In this document: piece after piece, positions 40,120-52,816 of the stretch
Numbering within the stretch: position 1 is the stretch's first letter
Layout of the letters: every line of letters starts with the position of its first letter
Source: Nitrospirales bacterium
GTDB lineage: Bacteria; Nitrospirota; Nitrospiria; Nitrospirales; UBA8639
DNA length: 64,000 nucleotides
Direction: 5' to 3'
Assembly (NCBI GenBank): GCA_965203295.1
Contig: CBDBCZ010000015.1
Span: forward strand, 32,001 to 96,000
Made by a program: the position numbers and the translations under genes
The notes under the pieces: model-generated
Databases searched by the model: none
Told to the model about the DNA's origin: nothing
What the model saw: the letters and a program-made list of their open reading frames with translations, nothing else

Positions 40120-43100
40120 ATGTGTGGAATTTTTGCTTGTGTTGAGTGTGTTGGCTCAGTGGCTGGGAAAGCTTGGCACTTGAAGGTCAGGAAGCAGTTG
40201 TTACTAGTAAATGGACCAGCTTTTAAAATAAGCTGATGTAGTCTAGCTAGCTATCACCACAAACAATAGATATCTTACTCTATCATCAATGCCTTGACTA
40301 CCTCTGATGTCGTACCAACTGTTGGTAGGAACATCAACTACACTCTCTTGCATTATGGATAATCTGCACTGAATAAACATACACACACAGCACCCACTGA
40401 TTGAAAGATTAAAGCGAAGGGGTCCTGACCTGCTACAGGAAGCTAAGATACCATGTGGTAACCTGAACGTTCATTTACTGGGTACTCTCCTGCAAATGCG
40501 TGGACCAGCAACGCCGCAGCCACAACAAAACAAGAATGGAGACTGCCTGCTCTGGAATGGGAATGTTTTTGGAGGAGTACAGGTGAGCAGTTGACGTGTA
40601 CATTTTGGGTTTACCATATTCATTCTAATTAAAGTGCACACAGAAGAAATTACATCACTATGAAGTGGAAGCAAGGTTTATATTCAGCACTACATTTTTA
40701 GGCATTTTTGCACGCCACCTTTTATGTTTCAGTCGATACTTTGCAGTATTCAAGTCAGTACTGCATATTATTTGAATTCTACACAGCACCTTACAATATT
40801 GAGTTTGTACTCTGTACTGCACATCGTTGGCACAACTTATTTTTAATTTAGTCAAAGAGTGAGCTACAACAATATCCACTGATCACCTTACGTGACCTTA
40901 GTGTTTACATGTAAAACGTGTATACCTCTTTGCCGGTTGAATATACAGACAGTACTCACGAGTACAAAAAAAATTATGAGCAAAAATTGAATGAAATTAT
41001 TAGTACATACATCCTGGAGTAGAAGCAGGAAGGTGACCTGCAAACTCCTTGCTGTCTCAACTCATCTGCTCTTTAAACAAGTCATAGCCTGAACTGAGAG
41101 CTACAGGCAAATTAGAGGGTCATATCACAGGTAGAAGCTGTTGGCAAACGTGCAGCTAAGTTGTGGTCCAAGTGTATAGATGGCTTCTCATCAAACCCCA
41201 TGGCGGAACTGCTTCAGCCCCTGTACAAAATGCCAACAGCCGTAGTCGGGATCTAATTGTGGCAAAGCCTGAGCTAGTGAGCCCCACACTAGTGAGTATA
41301 GCGGATCAATTCTTCTACACGTACATAGCATGTGTCTGTCTAAGCAGAGACTGGGTGGTAACAGGACAGAGTGCACTAGAAACTGCCTCGACAACACCAA
41401 TTATCACTGACAGTAATCACACTTGTACCAACTCTGGCCCAGAGCAGGTGCAAATGGAATCCCATTCTGAACTCAGCTCTGAATGCTTGTTTCCTGTTGG
41501 TGTTCTAAGAAGACTGATGATCACGAACATAACCTTTGATCTGTCCCTAGTGGTACTGATGTACAGAACTTTCAAAGTTGCACAGCTTTTCTAGAAGTTG
41601 TAGTATAGTTCCAGACACCGATTGTACGCGTATACAGGCAGCCGGTTTTATCACAACAGGATGCAAAGCTAGTGTATTATCAAGTTTTCTTTTTATTTAC
41701 GCTATAGATTGAGTCTCATGAAAATGATACAGTGAAGGTCTTGGAGCTACTAGGTGGGCAGAAAGACCCAAAGGAAATACTGGCCACTCTCAGCAGTATC
41801 AAAGGACCCTGGGCTTTTGTATTTTGGCAGGTACATACATTAATGATCGATGCTTTGCTCTCATCTTGATTCCGAAAGCATTAAGTGTTTGTTTGCTCGC
41901 AATTCCAGGCATGCACCAGATCTCTGTGGTTTGGTCGGGATGTCTTCGGCAGGAGGAGCCTCCTCTGGCACCTCCCGACATCTGTAGGGGATTCTTTGGT
42001 ACTCTGTTCAGTTGGACTGTATGACCCAAAGCACATGCCATTAGTAAGTCTATTCATGCATGCACTTGTATCATGGGGCATTGTACTACTTTAGTCATTT
42101 CTGTAGCTATTGCTGCATTGTTTTGGGTTTTCAGGCCAAATGTACATGTATATATCTTTGTTACTGGGTGAAAGGCAGTTTGATCACTAACACACCCCCC
42201 ATGGGCCTCTCAGAAGATCCTTCCCAGTCACTTGGGATGATGTGTAATAAACACCTGCCAGCATGCTATCTGCAGCAAACCAGCACTCCTAGGTGTGCTA
42301 TAATCAGTGCTTGAATAAGAAACTGGGGTATAGATAAAAATTAGTGGCAGCAAGTAGTAATTATTAAATTAATCATGTACGTATAACCATAATTGCAGGA
42401 CTATAGATAACTGAGTATTATCTTCTTTTCACTCTTTAGGGCTATTGGCTTGAAGTGCCTGCCACTGGATTGTTTCAAATGAAATGTGGAAGTGAAGAAC
42501 ATAGTTTCTGTAAGAAATCTTTTATGGCTTTGTTCTAGATACGTATATGTGTTTATTAATTTTTCCATACAGCGGATCTCATCTGCTATCCTTGGATGGA
42601 GGGAGGCAAGTGCACATCCGTTTAGTCTTGCACCTGGCATTCCTCCCAGATTGAATCCCATATAGCCAGGGAGAAATATTGCGCCCCTGATTCGTCTCTG
42701 CGGCTATGACATGAAATCTGGGTTAGGAAGGCCAGTGATGTATTGGGTTACATATAATATTGTTGTACAGGAATTTGCTTTCAAGAAGAGGGGAACATCT
42801 GTGCAGAGCTCTCTTCCTTACAAACATCTTTGAAGAGTAGAATTATCAAAAATGAGGGCCTTCAGGTGCCCTTTCCACCATTAAATAAGAAGCTGCCACC
42901 ACCAGACTTTAGCGTGAGAACAAATCCATTGAAGGAAAGCTGCAGCCCTGGATTGGAAAGCAGTGTGCAAGTTGCAAAGAAAGAAACAGGTGTGCCAAAA
43001 TCTTAAGAAGATTTAAACAAAAAAAGTGTGTAGAGTTACAGTCAGTTGCTTTTTACAGATATTGCTAGCTCTGGGGCTGACAGTGCAATAGCTCAACAGC

Positions 43101-46100
43101 TTCTTGCAATCCTACAACAGGCAGTGGAAACCCGAGTAATGAGGGCACCTCCACTGGATGTCGGCAAAGAGAGTTTGGAATCGGCTTCTACCCCTCGTAA
43201 CCATGCGTCCACTGAGGTCACTGCTGGTGCGAGCAAATCTCCACCTGTAGATATCTCTGCTGCGAAAGGAGAGAATGTGATTCAAGGCAGAGCTAGAGTG
43301 GCGATTCTCTATTCTGGCGGTGTAGACTCAGCTGTACTGGCAGCTCTTACTGACAGGTTATTAATAAGTGTTTACAATGTTTGCGTTTGTGTGAATTGAA
43401 TATGTACCTACTTCTGTATTCCAGGTGCCTTGATGATTCTGAAGAAATTGATTTGATCAATGTTGCATTTGAGCAAACAGCAATCATAAAACCAGGTCCT
43501 ATTGCTGGCCCCCAAAAGAAGTATGTCAATTTTTATGTATCAGTAGGCCTGATTACTGATCATAATATGCTGTTAGCTGTAACCAACTGGTTTTATAGAG
43601 CCATTCTAGCAGTCAGCAAAATTAGTTTCAGAATACTGTGCTCTATAGCAACAAATTAATGGAACTTTGTAACATTGTAAAGCATGCAGTGTGCCTCCCT
43701 CATGTTCAATACAACATATGATAATGACACCTTTGAGTATTCAGCCAAATAAAGTACAAGCCTTCCAGCACTGCTCTTCTCTTGCTCCTAATACTAAATC
43801 TGATACCTAATGAATGTTTGTTGTCTCTTCTCAGCTTTGATGTTCCTGATCGAAAGTCAGCAATTGAAACACTCGCTGAACTCAGTTCACGTAGAAGGTG
43901 GAACTTAATTCAGGTGAGAGCTTTTAATCATATGCATACCAGTCGAATTTCTTGTATACAAATATCATCTCTTATATATCCAGGTCAATGTAACACTTGA
44001 TGAAGTGAATAGACTGAGGTACCTTCAATGTATATTATTCAATCCCTAAAATCGTAAGTAGAGGTTTATATTATATACAGGAAGGAGCACGTATCACACT
44101 TGGTCTACCCCCTGTGTACTGTACTGGATGACAGCATAGGCTGTGCCTTGTGGTGTGCTGCACAAGGAGTGGGTGTGATGTTTGGAGACAATCCTGATCA
44201 GGGTAAACTGTACAAGAGCAGGGCCAGGGTACGTTTCCTAGCTATCTATTGATGCTACGTATCTCACCACTCTATATGAGATGCTACTCCATTGTATGTT
44301 TGTTTAAGTTTATATGCATTTTTGTAGACCCTATTGGTTGGCATTGGTGCTGATGAACAATTGGCTGGCTATTCTAGGCATCGCACAAAATTTAGGTAGG
44401 TATGGAAATCTTTTACTGTCACACTAGTTGAAGACATAGAGTATAAAGCTAGGATGGTAGGTAATTTTCACCCCCACTAGTTACATACTTTGAATACGAG
44501 GAGAGAGACATGATGTACTGTATTGTGCATGAATACATTAAAAGGACCCAATTTATTCTGGCATCCAGACATTTTTCTTTTCTGTCTGTCATTCTGGTGT
44601 GACATTCAAAAGCACAGCAACCCCTCATACTGCAGAATTTTAGCCAAACCTCTAAAGAAGTTGTATATTTGCTTTTATCTTCGGGTTGAAGTCCAGACCT
44701 TCATAATGAGCAGTACAATCTTGTTTAAAACTGAAAGCTTGATAACGCCTCAAAACCCACCATTCTCAATATCATGATTGTATCAAGCAGGTTGATGTAC
44801 ATGTACTATTAAGGGACAGTAGAGGCGGTGAACTCAATTACATAGTCTTATACTCACTTGTGAATGAAAACTACATTTATCAATGAGGTACTACACTGCC
44901 AAGTGTAGTATGGTGAACCAGTGAATGTATAGTATACCCCCTTCATGCATTCTAGGTCCAGTGGCTGGAAAGGGCTAATTGATGAAGTGGAAATGGATAT
45001 CAAAAGGCTTGCAAGAAGAAACCTTGGAAGGGATGACAGGTAAAATTGCAGAAGGATAGAACAATCTTGTACTATGATGTAATGCAGCTACAGACTAATC
45101 ACTTCAGTTTTTACTCTAATTAGAGGAGCATGTTTTGATTCACCATACCCAACCATGACCCTCAAAGCTGCTTCTCCATCCAGATGTATAGCAGACCACC
45201 AGAAGGAGGGACAATTTCCATTTCTGGATGAAGAGGTGGTGTGTTACCTGCAGCAGCTTCCAATGTGGAGCAAGGTTGGACAGCATGCATGCATGTGCAT
45301 GTATATATAGGTTTTACCACGACCACAAAGAGGTTTAGTGGATATACACTGCGAGGGCAATTAAAGCCTGAGTAGTGTATCCACTAAACCTCTGAGTGGG
45401 AGTGGTATAACTGGTTTGTACCACAGCAAAACGTAGTGTATGGCTGACCACAAGAAGGGTATGAGTTTTTGACACCTAGTATATGGCTGAGCTTGCAACT
45501 TTGGTCAGCAGGCCAGCTGTCTTCTACGTAGCTGGGAAATACACTGCAGGCGGTGCCTTTGAACTATATGGCTGCTGTGGTACAAATAGCAGTATAGTTT
45601 TCCTGCACCATTAGGGAAATTTATGTTTACCCACAATACTGTTGTGACTGACTGAGTTACATAGATCATTTAGTGAGAGAAGGAGAGAAGATTTTGTGCT
45701 AAAGAGAGCGAGAATGCCACCTTCGAATTAATCCTTTGATGCATATACAATCTTGTTTGCTTTTTTAAATAGCAATATTAGTGGGCTAACAAAATCTTCA
45801 GATGATGTATAAACCTGAGCAATGAGTTGTCTTGAGCAGCTTAGCAGATTTTGACTAGAACTTGTATCTTTGTCACAAGTTATGATTGCCCGGATTGAAA
45901 TGATGGTGAAAATGTAAATCATTCACACTAGTATACTACATTGTATATATTGAGTGAATCAAATATTGCTCCAATTTTTAAAAGGTTATATCCTTCATGA
46001 GACAATGTGTAATGAAATACTTAAGTGGTAGACTAGTTAGTAAAGAGCTACATGGTTAATTATGCCTTATTTTAGTGCACAGTAGATGTACTGACCTTGC

Positions 46101-46342
46101 AAATCTGTTTTTGACAATATTGTATTATATTGGTCATGTAGGTGGACCTATCCCTTCCTCGTGGTATTGGGGAAAAGCGTGTGTTGAGAGAGGTGGCAGC
46201 AATCCTGGGGTGCCACACTGCAGCGAGACTTCCTAAGAGGGCCATCCAATTCGGATCGCGCATGGCTAAACTCTCTGGCTCCTCCAACAACAGAGAGCAT
46301 GGATCCGACATCTCTGATAGACTCCTACCACATCCCGTTTAA
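40120..46342 (+). CDS. ASNSD1: Asparagine synthetase domain-containing protein 1, ~16 exons
   Basis: Starts MCGIF. Motifs [110 protein letters not shown] and [11 protein letters not shown] lie in GT/GC-AG-bounded exons. Confidence 0.93.
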
Positions 46343-47588
46343 GACATTTGTTTCATGCACGTTGTTGAGTTTGTGTCCTCCTCATTCATGCACTGAATGT
46401 GGTCCTCATCCACTCTATTCCCCAATTTTATTTCACGAAGAAACAAAACTCTGGGGGTTGGTGGTAGTATCTTCCAATATACATACGTATAGGCTGATTT
46501 AGTCAATAGGCATCCAAATGGATCTGCATGTAATTTGTATAAGGGAGTCCATGTATGAGTAGTTGCCGAGCGCAGCAAGGCCAATAATTTCACCCTGTTC
46601 TCTAGGAATAATTATAATACAATGACCTATATACCTTTCTAATTTCTGCAATCAATTACGTAACCACACACTGTGACCCCTGTGGACTTGGCAATAACGA
46701 ACTGCAACCATTATGCAATGTATGTCGATAAGCTACTGTACACCAGGCATATTTTGTGTGCGTATAAGATTGACACGTAAAGATTTGCATGACAAAACTA
46801 AAGGGCAGCTCCTACATAGGCAGTCAGAAACTTGTAATCTTTCAACACCTGAAAGCACAAGGTTAAAAGTATACAATCTACATGTACCTGACTTCTGTCT
46901 ATAACTACAATACTTGTTACAGTTCATTAGAGTTTTTAGAAAAGTGAAAGAGCATGTAGGGATGGAAACAAAGAGGTAGGAATGACACCACAGAACTTTC
47001 ACGGGCTACCATCCCTACACATGTACATCTTTCCAACCACACACACACCACAATCCCCTCCGTGCCACACCAATGATATTCACATCCAATTATTGTATCA
47101 GGCTCCAGAAGACACCTGACCCCACGCTGGAACTTTAATTCCTTAGCAGCAACTGGCACTGCAGACTCATGATCAGCACTCCCTTCAGCATGATGATGAT
47201 AAGGATGTAGTACAACTAACACAGCACATGTACATGTACACAATATGATATAGCAAAATCTAGTAGACAGCTGCAGGGTACGGCTTATACAGCCATCCTG
47301 GTACTCTAAGGTATAGACTAAATATAACTAGCTATATTGTGTTACTATTTCGCTGACTTAAAAGCAGCAGAATTGTACCAGAGCACTTAGTGTTCATGAG
47401 GTCCTGCTAATAGTAATGTTACTCACATGCACATAATGAAACACTCTTGCAAAATTCAGGGGAGATCCATAATAAGCATATACACTGATCACAATTTAAA
47501 TATCCCTATATACACATTCAAAGAAAGTAAAACCCATGCAAAGCAATACAATAATTGTGTGACTATTTCTATACAGTCACAAGCATTA

Positions 47589-50420
47589 TTAACGCCTAAA
47601 AGCACTTAACTTCATGTATGTATGCTGTATGTTGTAATAGTCTTCAGTGCTATTAGCGTCCCTGATACTACTTTCCACACCACAAGGAAAATTAACACCT
47701 TTATGGAGAAGTGAGGTTAGGATGTCTCGGAATGAGGGCCGCAAATGTGTATCCATATTCCTGGAAAGGGCATAACAGTAAACCAATAGCTATATTGGCA
47801 TGCATACAAAAAGTTTACTAACCCGCACTGGCTCATGAGGTCACTGATCACTGAAGGACAGCCATTTGGAGGGGAAAGCCTGTATCCCCTTTCCAAGTGT
47901 GTGAGCAACTGTTTAAAAGGAAAGGTATATTTAAATAACACTCATGATATTGTTTAGGATTGGATCTTCACCTCATGACTGCTTATGTGCTCGTAGGGAT
48001 CACGTCCAAGGGTCCAAATTTCATAGAGAAGGCATCCATAGCTCCATACGTCACTAGCACTAGAATACTTTCTGAATTTCAATGCTTCTGGGGCAGTCCA
48101 CTTGATAGGTACCAGACAGTTGTTTGACACATAGTATGCGTCATCCATAAGATCCCGAGACATGCCAAAGTCTCCAATCTGTGAAAATAACGAAACCCAT
48201 ATTTAGTAAGTATAATGGTTCTACATGTTGATACTGACACTTTCCAGTAAAGGATATGAATCCTCCCAGGCCTGCTGCTTTATTCTGTTAAGTAAATCAA
48301 TAAAGCTCGGGTCTGGCTCTCACCTTACATATTTTTCCACCAGATACCAGAATATTACGTGCTGCCAGGTCTCGGTGTACAAAGCCTTTATCTGAAAGGT
48401 AGTGCATCCCCTTAGCAGCTTCAGTGCAGTGGTTAAACAGCTGAGCCGATACATCTGGATCTGTTCCGTGGCATGTTCTAGATCTACAAGGCATGAACAT
48501 ACATATAAGCATGATTACTACATTCACCAGATTTAGCTACATACTTGCAATCCGTGAGCATTTTTTGAAGAAATTTCTTGAGGTCACCATTGTGTGCAAT
48601 TTCCATAACTAGCATGATCTATACGTTTCAAGAAAATATAGTCAAGGCAGGCATACCAGTCAAGTAGGCAAGAACCCTAACCGTGTGTGTTTCCATTACA
48701 ATCCCATAGAGTCTGAGGACATTGGGGTGATTAAATTGAGACATGATGGCTGCTTCCTGTAGAAGTTTTGTTCTTTCAGCTGCGGTAATCTTGCTACTGA
48801 ATGATTTCACTGCAACTTCAGACATCATGCCAGTTGAATTGCTCCAGATACCTCTGTCCACAACACCAAAATGCCCCTTTCCAAGCTGACAGTTAATTCT
48901 GGAGAAAGAACAATCATGAGATTACATTAGATCAGTGTAGGGTTAACCTCATGCATTATACATACTCAATATCTTGTCTCCGTATTGTCTTCAGTTTCTG
49001 CTGCTGAAGTTGAACATAGAGACCTTCTTCACTTGAAGCTGGTTCTTCATAACACTCTCTGTCACAATTCAGCTGAAGCAAGCAAATGAATATAGCAATA
49101 TCTTTCTGAATATTATCTTCTAACTTCATCATACCTCTTTAGTTTCATAAAAAGGGTTAGTTTGCACTTTTACCAAAGTAGTTGCTGGAGGAAATAGAAT
49201 TCAGTGATGATGTAACCATGGATGTAAAGACATATGCAAGCTCACCTGCTTTACGTTCATGGTGTTTTCGGCGTATTTTAAGAAAAACTACTACACAAAG
49301 AGCCACACCAAGTAGAGCAAATCCTACACCAACACCAACAGCAATGCTCACAATAATGCCAACGTTGAGGGTGCTAATTGGTCTGTACTGTAAGGTGGGA
49401 AGTAGGGTAGGATTGAGTGAACCCGTTTTCTCCATTTTAGAACTTTGCTGGACTTCAGTTGAATTAGCAATCGTATGCATGGCCAGTGTAGTTGGTCTTA
49501 TAGACTCTACTTTAGAACTGAACAGGCCAAAATTAATTTCTGTAGGCATAGGCATACTGGTTTTCAGCACACTAGTACTAGGCAAGGCACTATGTGTAGG
49601 TAAACTAGGCATCAATTGATCAGCAAGATGTGACTCTTGAATGGGGTTCGTGGTTTCTGTCATTGAAAAGTCTGTGATAATTAAAGAAAATGATTTCAGT
49701 AACAGCAGTTAGCTACTAGACCACTAAAAAGACTTACTTGTCTCCAGATATAGCTGCATCACACGCCCAGTTCCTGTAGGTTCCCACTGCTGGAGATCAA
49801 CTGGATCTCTTAAGTTGCCACATGAACGGGATTCACGTTCATAAATCTGGTGTGTTTCTGAATATGCAACAATGTCGAGAGTGCCAGTTTCCCTTAAGCT
49901 TGGAAGACAAGCACCAATTATGTCCCCTTCCATAACTGTAAATGGCATTTCAACATCAGCAGAATCACAATCAGGCGACGGACTTGTTCCAGATACGTGC
50001 ACTCTGACAACTGATTCTTCCACGCGCTCATAAACAGTATTGGAGGCATCACTAAGTACTGATGCTTCCTGCCGCCTGTATACTGCAAATTCAGCTGCAA
50101 AGACACTGAACCTGTCAGTAATTTGAACGTGAAAACAAAAATGCCATCTTGTTGCTATTCCTGTGCAGACGGCAGGTGCATCACCGTTGAATATCAATCC
50201 AACATTGTCTCTGTCGTCATTAGGAGGATGACTTTCCAGTCTCGTGCCAAAGACTGGGCAAGTATCAGTTGCCATTGCGTATTTCTGGACTGCAGAAATA
50301 ATGAAAGCTGCATGATGTATTTTATAGCCATGATATACCAGTACCTACATTTGTAGCTATTTACATACCACAATATAATGAAACCACCAGAATCATCATC
50401 ATTGTTATCACAGTAGTCAT
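47589..50420 (-). CDS. Receptor tyrosine kinase RTK-C (same ectodomain family, catalytically intact)
   Basis: Signal exon 50420-50369 (MTTVITMMMILVVSLYC), ectodomain exon 50289-49738, stalk/TM exon ~49671-49246, NPFY exon ~49184-49135. Kinase exons contain [26 protein letters not shown] and PIKWTAPE. Stop at 47589. Confidence 0.9.
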
Positions 50421-51502
50421 ACTTATCACCAGTACGGATGTCAGCCTCAATGGTTTCTGCCCACTTCTGTATACTGGAAGGCAGAAATTGTCATATAATT
50501 TGCCCATGCACCAGCAAAGCTTCACACAGCCTACAATCCTTCTCAGCTACTTGTGCTCCTACTATTAACTACAATTGAATGTTCACTTACTCAATTCCTC
50601 TCTGCCTCCTGCAGTCTCACTTGAGCACCTCCACTCTTGCCTGAACTATATACTGAGTCTTCACTTGCTGATATTTACTCAAAACATCATGCTATATATA
50701 TGTAGCTAGCCTAGTCTAAAAGTGTAACTTGCAGCACTAGCTCAGCAGTTTTAAACTGAGCACTAGAAGCATGCAATTGCTGAGGCTTCTTGTCAGACAT
50801 TGTGTATAAGATGTTAATGTGAAACTTTGCAAATTTCCTTTGACCACTAGCAAATTCCTTTAGCAAGTTGACACAACACCATTGGTCTAATGTTTTAGTT
50901 TGGCAGACTATCGGATGTAGCACACTATTTATGGTAACTATATAAACATACGTAGTAACAAACACTTACGTTAATGGTTGGGGGCAGTCTGTTATGCATC
51001 CCCAGTAGCTAAACAGATGACAATTATCGTATTTCAAACATTTCACAGTGTAATTCCAGTTTCCTCATATTTTTTTCGGCAAAATACTACTCTGTACATC
51101 TTTTTTGAGAACCTCATTTTTAATATTGATTATTGCAATCATTAAAATGAAGTTCTCAAAAATTAAAGATGTAGAGAGTCTCAGTATTACAATGAATTGT
51201 AAAAAAAAAGGTATTGCAAGACTGCGTGATCATTTTTTGTACAATAGCTAAACTAGGCCAGCATTTTGAGTTTTGCTCGCTACGTATACACTTAATTCAG
51301 GAAGCGGAGGAAGGAGCAGCTGACTTGATCTTGACCCTGTTGCGTCATGAATGCACGGTACGCGTCCTTCGACCTATGATTAATGTCATATAGATGATGA
51401 AATATCCGGCCGCGACATATTATAGTACAAATACGGTCGCGTTTATAGTCATCAATCTATTAGGCTGGATGTACGGCACCGAGAACTAGCAACGAGACAA
51501 CA

Positions 51503-52230
51503 ATGGACAAGCCAGTGTGGATTAACGAAGAAAGACTACCTTCCCCATCACAGAAACTGATCGAAAAATCAAAGCAATCGCCGTTCATTCCTATAGGTAA
51601 GTATTAGATACGCGTCACTGTCATGGTCGTTAATGCTGTAGCTCTGACCCCTACATCAAGAGTTCGTGATATGAAGTAGTCTACAGTCCAGAAATTAAAT
51701 TCAGTATCTTCTATCACCTTTATACATATAGACTTGTAATTTAGGTCTAGTCTGGGGTACCCCGCCCCTAGCCCTCGCGTTAAACGGAGGGTCTGGTACA
51801 GACGCCGCTAGATTACGTCATTGATATGGCCTGACCAATCAGATAGTAGGTTCACTGCAGGATCTCTTTCGTTGATCGTCTGCGTGTGTCATCATATCAC
51901 AACGTCCGCATTCCAGATTGACAGGTCCACTACGACGTCTGTACCAGACTCTAACTTTCCCGTCGAGAGTCTGGCTACGCGAGACTAATTTAGGTCCAAG
52001 TACATGTCGTCACTACGTAATCATAGGCATCCCTGAAGAATTTTTGCCATAACCTTTCATCTTCCTTTGTAGGAATAGCAGGCACTGTCGCGGCACTGGC
52101 ATATGGTGCCTACGCATACAGGTTTCGTGGGCCCATGAGCACCTCCAGATACCTGATGAGACTGAGGGTAATAGCACAGTCAGCGGTTGTAGGGTCAATG
52201 ATCTTGGGACTTCTCTTCACAAGGAAATGA
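51503..52230 (+). CDS. HIGD1A: HIG1 domain family member 1 (mitochondrial inner membrane), 2 exons, 83 aa
   Basis: Exons 51503-51596 and 52073-52230 splice in phase 1 to give MDKPVWINEERLPSPSQKLIEKSKQSPFIPIGIAGTVAALAYGAYAYRFRGPMSTSRYLMRLRVIAQSAVVGSMILGLLFTRK*, which has the HIG1 motifs P(F)xPxG and MRxRVxAQ. Confidence 0.9.
51748..51988. mobile_element. TAGTCTC/GAGACTA-ended MITE in the HIGD1 intron
   Basis: Ends TAGTCTGGGGTACCCCGCCCC and GTCTGGCTACGCGAGACTA, with an internal inverted GTCTGGTACAGACG/CGTCTGTACCAGAC. A related short copy lies at 5770-5820. Confidence 0.6.
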
Positions 52231-52816
52231 TCTCTTTGGGACACTGAGTGCAGATAACAAGCACTATAAAGATCAGTTATTGCCACCAATTCTATCATAT
52301 CCACTTTTATTTATATACATGTAGTCACTATGAAAATTAATAATGACAGTATTAAATTTGTGATTGTACGTGAACCTAGCATGATTGGCTCTTCCTGTAC
52401 AATGTGAAACCATACTGTCCTATTTGGTCACCTATTCAAATCAAGGAGGAAATATTACTATATAGGAAATCAGGAAGGACATGGGACATGCATGGTGAAT
52501 CACAATCATTTCTTCTGTTCAGGAGAGCTACATGATTGTGTAATCGTCTCACACACGTGTACAAACAAGCCGGAATAGAATTCACCATTCAGAGTCTGTG
52601 TTTATGTAACCAAAACTCAAGCCTTATGAACTTGACATCACTTTATTTTGTTACAAGAACAGCAGGTTGATTCTATTAAACAATAGCAGCTTCTTTACTG
52701 TAACCATCACAAAATAATAACAAATGACACTGGCCATATTACCAATCAAAGTCCATAGATATCACCATTGCACAATGTCATACTGAAATACACACATTTC
52801 AAGATGAGTACCCTAG

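Noticed and set aside
30079..50420. Calling the RTKs Eph receptors
   Set aside because: The kinase domains look Eph-like, but no ephrin-binding, FN3 or SAM domain is evident, so no gene symbol was assigned.
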